Source: Chlorokybus atmophyticus (taxonomy: Eukaryota > Plantae > Mesostigma and Chlorokybus algae). From it: 64,000 nucleotides of DNA. A model generated the notes under the pieces. It worked only from the letters and a program-made list of their open reading frames with translations, searched no databases and was not told the DNA's origin. A program made the position numbers and the translations under genes. Positions 38,095 through 49,619 of this stretch are shown in pieces. Within the stretch, counting starts at the first letter, position 1, and the number at the start of each line of letters is the position of its first letter. The stretch lies in the NCBI GenBank assembly GCA_009103225.1, contig RHPI01001559.1, positions 300,735 to 364,734 on the forward strand, given 5' to 3'.

Positions 38095-38598
38095 TGCCTT
38101 GCACACGAATTCCGCGGTCGTTGTTTCTCGATCCAATAATCGTAAATGGTCACAGGCGGAAAGCAGAGTTGGGTGCTGCGGGCAAACATTCGGCAGGTCG
38201 CGGGTAGCCGTAGATGCAACATCTTTGGTCGTGGCTCTCTGTGCAGCGTTGATGCTGGGGGCCTGTCACACTGTGTCAGCTTCCGAGCGCGGCGATGATC
38301 AGTGATTGAGGGATATGTCACTCGTTTGTGCTGTCTCAACGAGTACTGATGCGCTGGCGTGTCAGCGTAGCGTCAGTGCTCTGTCATCGTGACTGTCACG
38401 CTGATCAATTGCTGACACTTGTCGCGTGTGCAATGAATGACATGACCTATCCTACTGTGCTGCTGACGTGTGTGCGTTCATATTGGTTTGTGATTGCTGG
38501 TCGGTGGCATTGAGGCCTGTTTAATTGTTGTTTTGCGGATAGCTTGAGGAGGCGGCGGCGTTGTTGTTCTGCGTGTACTTCTGGGGCGGCGGCATGGG

Positions 38599-39117
38599 AT
38601 GGCTGGTGTCGGCGATGCTGCTGATGTGGGTGAGCCGGAAGAAGTCGAGCAATTCCGGGCGACGCTGGCGGAGAGTATGACCACGGACGTGGTGGAGGTG
38701 TTGTGGCAAGTGGGGCGTGAGCGGCGCGGGCGGTGGAACGGTGGTGTGCATGTAGGGGACGTTGGACGCGTCCAGCGTGTGAGCCATGAGTGGGAGCTTT
38801 GCACATTCGGCTATCAGCCCAACCTCATCAGAGCCCTCTGCGTAGCTTTGCCGCCTGGCCTGGAGATCATCGTGACAACGCATGAAGATGAGCGCAATCG
38901 CTGGGATGTGGGCGAGGACGCACAGCAGGGCATGTTGCCCCTGCTTGTTTGTATTGATGACGATTTTACTGGTGAGCCCTGGCTGAGGCTTACCCTGGAG
39001 GGCGGCTCAGTGCGCCGCTGGAAGCTGAGCCTCTTCGTGGGACGCGGTGCCGATCCTGCTTCTGCAGCCAGCTGGGCGCCTGTGGCGATGGGCTTCCTGC
39101 CTGCTGGGCACACCTAG
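38599..39117 (+). CDS. Second ORF of the Academ element (172 aa), function unknown, convergent with the transposase
   Basis: Open frame with protein-like composition lying inside the TIRs. No family recognised. Confidence 0.5.
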   Translation: MAGVGDAADVGEPEEVEQFRATLAESMTTDVVEVLWQVGRERRGRWNGGVHVGDVGRVQRVSHEWELCTFGYQPNLIRALCVALPPGLEIIVTTHEDERNRWDVGEDAQQGMLPLLVCIDDDFTGEPWLRLTLEGGSVRRWKLSLFVGRGADPASAASWAPVAMGFLPAGHT

Positions 39118-42100
39118 TAGCAGCCACTGTGTGGCTGCACAGTACTCTGCTGTCTGTAATTAGTGTGTGTGAACTTGCTGTGCTGCATGCCGTCTTGTTT
39201 GTGCAGGCAAACTACTGCATGCAGCCTCGAACATGCCAGTCTGACAGAAGCTGCCTGTTGTGAATGTTGAATTGCCTGCAAGGTGGGTTGTGCATGCACA
39301 GGATATGGAACCAGGTGCATGTAGTGCATTCTGAATTGACGCCATGGCCTCACGTCTGCATGTGATTCTAGCTCAAGTGCTGTATTCGGACTGCATGCTA
39401 TCCTGCGAGTCTGCCTCTGATTGTGAATCGCCATGGTCTGTTTCCTGTGTGTCCCTTAGTGGCGTGACCAGCATGTCTTCCCCATCCACATCAGTATGAT
39501 CATCGTCACTGCTTACGCTGCTGCTGTCCTCTGTTCCAGAGCTGACATCGGTGTCAATTGTCTGCGTGCTCATGGGCGTGAGTATTGACTGTGTGCTCAT
39601 TGGTGTGCCTGTGCGCCAGTTGCAACAGGTAAGTGTTAGTGAATTGGTGGGCATGTGGGTCCATGTGCAGGTGGTTCCAGTGTTACTGACCTTGCACTGG
39701 TGCTGTGGGGACATCAGGTTGTGAGAACTGCCCTTGGGTGCTGTGACCAGTTCCTCCTTGTCGTTTGTTCTTGCATTCTGTGCATCGGCAACTAGCCCCA
39801 CATGCATTGCCAGCTCTTTTGCAACGGCATTGGTTGTTCGCGCACATGCCTTTCTTGCAACCGCACCCCCTTAGCAGTAGGCTCCTCCGCAACCGTGCCT
39901 GTGCCATGTTCTCGCTGGAGTCCATGGCAGCCTTGAAGATGCCATCTTCTTGGAGGTAACCATATTCGTCCAGCGGTGGCATTTGCATGTCAGTTGAGCA
40001 TGCCTGCATCCACATGCCATGAACCCATATTGCACGCAGGCAGTGCAGTCTTAGAGCCTGGACAGTGGGCATGCGATCTGCTTCCTTCCAGATCGTATGC
40101 CAGCACCCGTTGTGGATAGCCTCCAGCCATTGGTGAATGGCACTGTGTGACTCTCTGTCAGCCTGGATGCCGTTCACCTCCACAAAGAAGGCTTCTGCGG
40201 TGTTGGCCTTGAAGCACCGTTTGTGTTTCATGAAGTATGCTGTCCCGATCAGTTTCAGGTACATGCCAATGTCAGAGCTCATGTCCGCATCAGTGCAGTG
40301 AGTGATGAACTGAGTGCAGGACATCAGAGCCTCCTCTCACCAAAAAGCCTTGCTGATGCCTGCTATGAAGGAGGTGTAGTCTGAACCCGTCACTGCATAC
40401 ATCTTGAGCATGAAAGAGGCTCTGGCATCAATACGTATGAATCTCGTTTGTGGCATGAGCTTGCAGGCTTCCAAGAGTGTGGTGATGTTGATGAAAGCTG
40501 GTCTGGTAGCTGCTGCAGTCGAGCTTGCTAACTGCATGTGTACCACTTTGCCGGATGATGGTGAACCTCGCCACCTCTCCAGCATGGCGAGTCCGATCAT
40601 GGTGGTGTCTAAGTCGGGGCTGTACACGAGGATGCTGCTCTCAGAGGTTCGCATTGCATGCACCCACACCCTGCTGTCCGCTTCTGCATGATTGCACGCA
40701 TACAGGTCTGTGCATGTGTATACGGGGCCCTGCGCGCTCATGGTCACAACTCTGGCAAGCCCTGCATAACTAGGATGGTCACTTCCACCAGCGACCACCA
40801 ATTGTTGGCCTACTCGGAGGTAAGGTGCAGCCTGCTCTGGTAGATGCTAAGTGATCAGATCGCACAGCTGGCGCTTTTTGATTATGTTGCCAAGCAGGTG
40901 GCGCCAGATGCGAGGCAGTGGCGACAGCAGGTGCAGAGCATCTTGAGTACTATGCACCGGCGTCCCAGAGGTGTCTCGGTGCGCCTGCAAGGATGTCTTC
41001 ACGCCAGTGGCGAAAGATGGGTCGTCGAACACTACATGCAGCGAGGTCAGGTCTTGGCTGAACAATCGTGGCATAATAGCAGCGCGCATCAAGTGCTGTA
41101 TGTAGTCACCAATGTTGTTGCAACCAGGACCAGGCTGCATGTTGATGATGAACATACCCTCACTGATCACGGCTTGCACATTGGCAGGGAAGGAGCGGGA
41201 CTGGCAATGTGGATTGGCATCGGCGATCTTGTTGAGAAACGCTGCTTTGTTGCCCTTGCGCATTGATCCATCCAATTCAAACAGAGCTTGAGGTACTTCT
41301 AGGTATCTAGCGTGCACAGAGTCTGAGGGTGTGTCGCTCATCGCGAGCTGCTTCAGCACCAGAGTCTGCGAGGAAAATGGGTGAGTGCTGGCTAATGCAT
41401 CAGGTTGTAGTCATATATTGATTTCATGCACAATGCATCACCTGCTCTCTCACAACAACTGATAGTGCCCTGGCAGCCTTGTTGACAGGTTTTGGTTTAG
41501 CCATTGTTTTGAGATTGTGCTTGCGCGAAATCTTGGCATGGGGGACACCGCGCCCAAATCGCTGGTTGACTGTCAGCCCCAATGCGTCCTTGCCCACCTC
41601 GTAGTGGCGGCTGAGGTCAGCTGCCACGCCATCTGATGCATAATCTTCATTGACCAGGTGCTTCAAACGGTCAGGGCTTTCCTCCGCGAACGCCTTGCTC
41701 TGTCGCAGAATCGACATCATGGCTGCGATGGTGGTTTGTGTGCGTGCAGGGTCGCTGGCCTGTTGAGATGTCTGCCTGGTCCTCCAACGCAAGTGAGGCG
41801 GCTTCACTTGGTTGCGCAATCGCTTCCAACTCTCTACACGGTATGTGCAGTGTGCTGTCTTCTCCCTCATGCCATCGGAGGTAGGTCTGTAGAGTGTACT
41901 CTTCAAGTCTTTGTTGATCAGAGTTTCATGTGCCTCATCTAGAGCGACATTGGACCCTGCGTTCCCCTTCATGCTGACTGTGAATCCTCCTGCTTGCATG
42001 CCTTCCTTGATTGCCGCTGGCCAGGAATATGTATCTGCTAAGTGCCCCACTACCAGACGTTGGTAGTGGGGCCTGTCCCATGCGAAGTAAAGGGGGGCCA

Positions 42101-42753
42101 AGACCTTGTACGACGCCACACGCAGCATCCAATTCGCTGTCCGGATGGCTATAAACAGCGCCATGTATGCGAGCACGTCCCTCTGCGTGAAGCCCCACCA
42201 GAACTTCCAGGTGAGGTCACGCAGTGATCTTGCCTCGCCATATGCCTTGAATGCCTGGTAGTGCTGCAACGCGACATCGGGACTAACAACACCATCCTCA
42301 CCACGGATGGCAGGCAACTGCGCAAACTCCTCGCTCTCCTGAAAGCACTCAATCTGTCTGCGGAGCACAGCCTCGAACCCTTGCAGTTTCAAGGTGTGGG
42401 CTCGCTTCCAATGATGTCCATCCACTAACTGATTGCGTGCTGAGCCAAGTGCAAAGCCAGCTGCCAGTGCCATAGGCTCAATGCCTGCATCGTAGTAGAC
42501 CTTGAAGTTAACAGGCACCGTGTTATACAGTGCATGCCAGTCGCCCACAAAAGGAAGCAACCAAGACCAGTACACAGGGTCCTGCAGCTTGAGCTGGTTC
42601 ATGAGGCTCCATGTTTTCTGGTCGCCAGCCACGACCAAGGTGGTGGTCCCGTGCTCCACCTGCAGCTTGAGTGCAATCTCCATGAGAGCAAGCCTGAGGT
42701 TGTTTGGACGATCCGGGTTGTAAGGCAGAAGTGGCAGGTAAACAACGTGACTG

Positions 42754-43092
42754 TGTCATGAGAGAGGGTGTGCCCCTCCTCCCTTTAATCCCCTACCCCA
42801 ACACCACCACCAGCCTCGCCGCCGCCGCCGCCACTGCCGGGGCAGTTGCCAGAGCAAAAGATGCTCTGGCTATGGCGGCCGCTGCGTTAGCAGCGCCGCC
42901 ATGCAGCTGATATCAACATGAGACTCATGTCTCATGTCGATATCAGTGTTATAGTTAAGTAACACTACATTAGGGCCTTAACACTAGGTTAACGGCCCTA
43001 ATAAGGCTTAATAGGCTGTATAATCCCGTTGGGACCCTTATTTAATCCTAAATAAGGGCGGGGAACCTCTATGGAGGTAGCACACCGTTACA
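42754..43092 (-). repeat. Chromovirus 3' LTR
   Basis: Matches 49281-49619 and is adjacent to the PPT. Confidence 0.97.
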
Positions 43093-43214
43093 TTCCCCCC
43101 CACTTAGGTTTCAATGTCCTCATTGAAGGGTTAGCAAAGCCCCATCACGAGTCACAAAACGAAAGCAGTGAGAGAACCAGGGCCGAAGCGGTAAAGATGT
43201 CTGCCAGCACCCTT

Positions 43215-46200
43215 TTACCGTTCGCGTGTGGACACAGTACTCCAGTACCCCCGAAGAACCTCTTGGCAGTTGGTAAGATTCCTTTCGGGCTCCCATGTAT
43301 TGTGTTCAACACCATACCCTTTCCATTTCACCAAGCAGGACGGCGCGAGTCCGCGTCGAGGCTTACGGTGACTTAGGATTGCTTCCACCTCATACTCAAA
43401 TGTATTGTCACCATCCACTGCGACTGGGGGTGGAGGAGGTTGAACCCGACCGTCTGATCGGTACGGTTTCAGTACACTCACATGAAACACATTGTGAATT
43501 CGTATCGACATTGGTAAATCCAAACGATACGCGTGAGTGCCGACCCGATCAATCACTTTGAAAGGGCCTATCCAGCGAGGGAAAAACTTGCGGGTACCCA
43601 CTCCCTTGATGGATATATTTTTGGTACTCAAAAGTACTGAACAGCCCACATCGTAGCTGGCCTCCCTACGATGCGCATCAGCATGGGCTTTTTGTCTATC
43701 TTGCGCTGCGCGCAGACAGTGCTTTGCCAACGCTAACCTATCCTGCATGGCCGAAGCCATCTCGCGCGCTGCAGGTACGCGAGTTATATCGGTTGCGGGC
43801 AATTTTAAATTCGCAGGCCTCAGTGGATGCACGCCGTAATTCAAGAAGAACGGAGTCTCCTGCACACTCTCTTGCCATGCATTATTGATCGCAAATTCAG
43901 CCATTGGGAGATAAATATCCCAATCACTCTGATTCGGGCTCACATAATGCCGGATGGTTTCCTCAATCGCTTGATTGGCGCGTTCTGTTTGACCATCCGT
44001 CTGTGGATGGTAAGCAGTGCTCATGTTCTGCTGAATGTGTAAGAAGCTGCATAGCGACTTCCAAAACTGAGCCACAAATCGCGGATCGCGATCTGACACG
44101 AAGTTGCGGGGCAAGCCATGCAACTTGAACACAGACGCAACAAAAACCATCGCCAACTCACGGGAGCCTATCTCCGTGCGACAAGGGACAATGTGGACCA
44201 TTTTTGTTAAACGATCCACGAAAACTGCAACCGCAGTGTGACCTAATGCTGTCTCTGGGAGCTCAGTAATTAAGTCCATACTCACACTTTCCCATTTGCC
44301 ATCAGGAACAGGCAAAGGTCGCAGCAACCCAGCGGGTTTCTGACGTAACGGCTTGTCACGCTGACATTTGTCACAGGTGTCAACATAACGCTTTACGTCA
44401 ACAGGCAACGATGGCCACCATTACAGCTGTTGCGCTGCCTTGGTAGTCTTGCGATTTTCAAAGTGCCCAGCATACGGTGGGTCGTGTACATCAGCTATGC
44501 ATTGCATGCGTAGCCCAGCATGGTCAGGTATCACCAAGCTAGCACCCATATAATACAAGTTGTCTCGTGCTTCAAGCTGTTGTATATTCTCTTGCCGTGA
44601 GAACCATGGGTCTAAGGAATACCCATGCAAAACAGATTGCACAAATGCATCATTAGCGGGCAATGTAACTTGCGTCGCAAGCAATTGCGCACGCATAACT
44701 GCCAATAATGACGGACAGCGACTTAAAGGATCTGCCACATTAGTTCTGCCAGGCCGATATACCCATTCAAAAGTAAATCGCGACAGAAACTCATTCCAGC
44801 GAGCTTGCCTACGTGACAAGGTCAGCTGCGTTGAGAAGTATACTAATGGGTTGTGATCAGTCACCACTGTGAACTGAACTCCCTCTAAGTAACATCGCCA
44901 AGTTTCGAGAGCATGTACGACACCAAGCAACTCTTGCTCAGTAGTAGTGTAGTTTACCTCCGCTGGGATAAACTTCCTACTTTCATAAGCACATGGTCTG
45001 CCGTCTTGCAGTAGTACTGCACCACACCCAAGGGTGGAAGCATCACTGACCACAGTGAAATGTTTATCCCAATTTGGCAATGCCAATACTGGAGCTGAAG
45101 TTAATGCTAACTTCACTTGTTGCATAGCAGCTTCTTGGTCTGACGTCCAAGAAAATGGCGCGTCCTTTCGCAACAATTTAGTCAAGGGCATTACAACTGT
45201 AGAATAACCCATCATAAATTTGCGAAAATAATTTGCCAATCCCAAAAATGATCTCAGTTGATGAATATTTTTGGGTTGAGGCCAATTCTTGACAACTTGC
45301 ACCTTGCGAGGGTCAGGCTTTACACCCGCACCACTCACAACATGTCCCAAGAATGGTAACTCCGATTTGCAAAAGTCACATTTTGCAAGGCTGGCAAATA
45401 AATGATGCTTCCGCAACAAAGTAAACACCGCTTCTAAGTGTTGCTTATGTTCCTCTTTGGTTTTACTAAAGACAATAATGTCATCCAAGTAAACCATAAC
45501 ATACTTGCCAAGTATATTACCGAAAATTTTATTCATTTCCTTCTGAAACACAGCAGGCGCATTCGTCAATCCAAAGGGTAGCACTTTGTATTGATAATGG
45601 CCCGAAGGTGTTCTGAAAGCTGTCTTATAGACATCAGCGGAATGAATTCGGATCTGATGATATCCACTTGTCAGGTCTAATGTACTGAAGTATGCATTAC
45701 CTGATAGTTTATCAAACACGTCATCAATCCGTGGCAACGGGTATCGATTTTTCACCGTGATTTTGTTTAAAGCACGATAGTCCACACACATGCGCAATTT
45801 TCCATTCTTTTTCATCACAAATAGGATGGGTGCGCCAAAGGGTGAAGAACTTGGTTCAATCAATCCTTTTTCCAATAACTCCTTGATTTGTGTTTCCATT
45901 TCCCCCCTTTCTCTAGGGCTTAGCCTATATATTGGCCGAAAAGGAGGATCACTATCAGGAATTAATGGTATAGTGTGTCCGACACCTCGGTCAGGAGGCA
46001 AGCCCGGCAACTCATCTGAGAACACATCTTGATATTCCTCAATGAGGTCTGCCACACCTTCAGTACTACCCGGCGCAATGTCATCTGATGAAGACAAATG
46101 TACCAGAAAAGCCGGTGTGTTTTTGCGCAACGCACGTTTCACCTGTAGTGCCGTGAGTAACGCAGGGTCGGGTTGCTTGAATTCCAAGCTATGCGACCCT

Positions 46201-46985
46201 TTCACAGACAATGTAATCCGCTTACCGCCTTTCTTTACTGTGCACAAGCGTGCACCCGTATCCAATGTCATTGTGACATTATTTTGCCATTCTTGGCCTA
46301 GTACCACATCAACACCAGATATGTTGATTGCTACTACTATAAAGGCAAGATTGGCATAATAATTACCAATTTTAACCTTCAATTTTACTTCTCCCGTCAC
46401 TGGCAATGTACCCCCAGCACCGGCAGCCGAAAATGCTGAGGGTTTGCGCATGATTTTATTGCGCGCAACCCATTGCTCGTCCACGAAGTTGTGTGTCGCA
46501 CCAGTGTCAATCAAAAACGAGCTATTCACACCTTGCATTGTGCCACTGAATGTCCACAACAAAGGTACCACTCGTCCTTGAAAGGTAGCCAAGAATCCGT
46601 GACTAATGCGGGGGTTGATTAATATTGCTGATAATCGAATTGTCCCAGTCTCGCGCTTGGTGAATTGTTTTAAAACAGTACCCCCTCGAGTATACTTCAA
46701 CCATGGGCCATGATATTTTGGCACCATTGCTACCACACTCAGGGATCTGTGTTTACATTGCAATTCACTCAATGTGTGCAACACGTCGGTAAGCATGTTA
46801 AATTTCACATGTACCAGTACACAAGTATTTGCTTCCACTGTTGCAACATCAAACAGTGGTAACTTGTGATGTGTTTGCCATGCATGCGTCATTACATGCA
46901 TTTGAGACAGATTATCAAACCAGTTAACTGCTTGTATCTCAAGCAACTGACTATCAACCTTTGCTACATCAGCCACAGCGTAATC
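43215..46985 (-). pseudogene. pol: Chromovirus pol (extra N-terminal domain, protease, RT, RNase H, integrase, chromodomain) with one in-frame TAA
   Basis: FLIDTGATH, RMCVDYRALN, YLDD, VSDAS, GHF...CDKC, HPQTDGQTERAN, YEVEAIL...LVKWKGY...NTWEP. TAA at 44421-44423 falls in the conserved L-[Y/F]-WWP context. The two ORF-track pieces are in the same frame. Confidence 0.95.
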
Positions 46986-48452
46986 CTATTCAACCTTCTT
47001 GGCTTTGCCCTTCGCCTTCGTAGGACAGGCCTTTGCAACGTGACCCGGCTGATGGCAGATGAAACAGGTGCGAGCTGCAGTAGGTGCATTACCAGCAGAC
47101 GTACCACCAATTCGAGGAGCGAATGTCTTCGCTTTCTTCGCCACATGTACACTCGGCGGAGGATAGCGCTTTATTCCCCCCCCTTGCGGCTTGGCCATAG
47201 CTGTCACGTTCGACTTTTCCTGCACGACCGTGTCATCATTGTACAGGTAAACACTTAGCTTTTGCAGCTTGGCCAAGTCATCAGGAACCCAAGGAAGCCC
47301 CGTTGCAGTGTTGTACTGCAGCTGATCGCGAACACGCGCATCCAAGCCACGCTTGTACAACTCGAACTGCTCAGCTTTGTCCATAGGCATCAGGCCGCTA
47401 TTGGCACGACCAACTAATGCTTGGAACTCCTGCAGATACACTGATGCTGCTCGACCATTCTGTCGCAACTTGCTAAGTTTGTTACGAGCCTGAGTAGCCG
47501 GATCCATGCCACCATAGCGCTCCATCAGAAACTGAAACAGTGCTGGTACTGTCTTCACAGCGCCATGCTCTGTTTGTCGTGCCCACTCGGCGAGAGCATC
47601 AGATGGCATAAGCAACTCAGCAACGGCAACGTGCTCACCCACCGGGCGCTTTAGCGCTGTCAGGTAATGTTCGACAGTCACCACCCAATCATGGATACTT
47701 ACACTACCGTTAGGCTTGAACTTTTCAGGTTTGTTCAATGCCGTAACCGGCAGCCCCACTGATGCGCCAACTGATGAAGCAGCACCCGCTACTTGCTGAC
47801 GCAGCGCCATCAACTCAGATTGCATCGCATCGAGGCGTGCCTCCAACTTCACTCGGCCAGCCAACTTATTTTCCAAGTTAGGTCCCAAGTACCAGAACAC
47901 ATCCTTGCAACGCTGCTGCGTTTCAACCATCAAGTTGGCTAAGGCCTCAAACGCCATCCGCTTCCCTTCGTATGGGAGCGGCCTATCGTAGACGGCCATC
48001 AGAGCAGCCACTTTTGGATCACCACGCACGAGTGGCGGAACATTGTTCGTCAACTCGTGCTCAATCATGCGGATCACCATCTCCTTACTAGTGCGAGGGA
48101 GAGTGGCAAAATCTGTTTCATAGCCATTACGAACCTTCTGCGCCCATGCATCCCACACTTCTTGACGAAGCTGCGGGTGGGCGTCAAGTAAAGTCTTGCG
48201 CTCGCGCGCATACTTTTCAATGGCTCCGCCAATGACACTCGGTGTGTCCATTACAGCTGGCTCACTGTGGGTAGACAGGTCGGGGGAAGCTTCGCTATCT
48301 TGCTTAGCCTCTTCTTCCTTGTCACTGTCAGTGAGCTTATAGCTCTCACTCGTGTCCGAGTCCCTCACTTTGTCATCACTGGATGGCTCATATGAGGATG
48401 ATGAATCAGGGACGGTGAAGTACTTTTCACCTCCCTCTCCTTGGTCAGACAT
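46986..48452 (-). CDS. gag: Chromovirus Gag with a CCHC zinc knuckle
   Basis: ATG at 48452. Capsid-like LNKPEKF...W, ARNKLSKLRQ...YLQEF, and CFICHQPGHVAKAC. Ends in TAG in frame with pol. Confidence 0.92.
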   Translation of the reverse strand: MSDQGEGGEKYFTVPDSSSSYEPSSDDKVRDSDTSESYKLTDSDKEEEAKQDSEASPDLSTHSEPAVMDTPSVIGGAIEKYARERKTLLDAHPQLRQEVWDAWAQKVRNGYETDFATLPRTSKEMVIRMIEHELTNNVPPLVRGDPKVAALMAVYDRPLPYEGKRMAFEALANLMVETQQRCKDVFWYLGPNLENKLAGRVKLEARLDAMQSELMALRQQVAGAASSVGASVGLPVTALNKPEKFKPNGSVSIHDWVVTVEHYLTALKRPVGEHVAVAELLMPSDALAEWARQTEHGAVKTVPALFQFLMERYGGMDPATQARNKLSKLRQNGRAASVYLQEFQALVGRANSGLMPMDKAEQFELYKRGLDARVRDQLQYNTATGLPWVPDDLAKLQKLSVYLYNDDTVVQEKSNVTAMAKPQGGGIKRYPPPSVHVAKKAKTFAPRIGGTSAGNAPTAARTCFICHQPGHVAKACPTKAKGKAKKVE

Positions 48453-49280
48453 CTGCCCAAGGATAACACTGTTCAAATAGTGCACAAACACGGAAAGTTG
48501 TGCACTATGAAAACGTCGAATACTAGTGATTTTGTCCTGTCAAGTTTGGAGGGGTAAACGTGGAGTATTCAGCCCAAACAAGAGCTCTCCACACACCTCT
48601 CAACTAGACAATCACTGTGCAACAAACCGCACGCGAATGCACGCGACGGCTCACGAGCTATGGCTGCTCAAAGTTTTCACTTTGTACAACCCAGCTCAAC
48701 TTACAATCACAATTGACACCCAAAGTGCCAAAATCTCGTTGAATCAGCCCTACAGGCCGATATCGACAAGTTGTGAGTTGTGAGTTTGATATCGACCGCA
48801 CAGAAAAATTCTGGCGGCCTCACCGCACTGACTGGCGGTACCGAGACAGTCGATGTTGCCACCGAACTGCCCCCAAGGGAATTTATCCAAAAAAATAGAT
48901 AAAAAGCCCTTCACCACCACGAATCCACGTGGTGGTTAGCACACAAAGATTATAGTAAACAATATATGATTACTATGTTATGTGCTTGGATGCAATGCTT
49001 CAGGGAGGGGCCTGGATGGCCGCCCCCCTTCACACAATAACAACTAAACTATGACAAGTTAGGCATGGCATGGCATGGCATGCATAGGCTAGGCTAGGCT
49101 AGGCTAGGCACCAGCAGCAGCGTTTAACTACAACAGTTAAACCAAACAAAACTTTTAACTACCGCTAGTTTGCCGCCGCAGTGCCGCCTGCCGACGCAGT
49201 GCCTGCCGCCGCCCCTGCAGTGCCTGCCGCCTGCCGCCGCCCCTCCCACAGGCCCCTTGCCGCCCGTGCTCCGATACCAA

Positions 49281-49619
49281 TGTCAGGAGAGAGGGTGTGC
49301 CCCTCCTCCCTTTAATCCCCTACCCCAACACCACCACCAGCCTCGCCGCCGCCGCCGCCACTGCCGGGGCAGTTGCCAGAGCAAAAGATGCTCTGGCTAT
49401 GGCGGCCGCTGCGTTAGCAGCGCCGCCATGCAGCTGATATCAACATGAGACTCATGTCTCATGTCGATATCAGTGTTATAGTTAAGTAACACTACATTAG
49501 GGCCTTAACACTAGGTTAACGGCCCTAATAAGGCTTAATAGGCTGTATAATCCCGTTGGGACCCTTATTTAATCCTAAATAAGGGCGGGGAACCTCTATG
49601 GAGGTAGCACACCGTTACA
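49281..49619 (-). repeat. Chromovirus 5' LTR
   Basis: Adjacent to the PBS. TGTAAC...TGACA on the minus strand. Confidence 0.97.

Larger units (their letters stand above)
42754..49619 (-). mobile_element. Full-length Ty3/gypsy chromovirus (6866 bp)
   Basis: LTRs 42754-43092 and 49281-49619 (339 bp, one mismatch seen). TSD GACTG at 42749-42753 and 49620-49624. PBS TGGTATCGGAGC at 49268-49279 (iMet-type). PPT at 43093-43105. Order gag-PR-RT-RH-IN-chromodomain. Confidence 0.98.

Noticed and set aside
38033-38105. A functional tRNA gene
   Set aside because: No acceptor stem and a poorly pairing anticodon arm. Kept only as a tRNA-like promoter.
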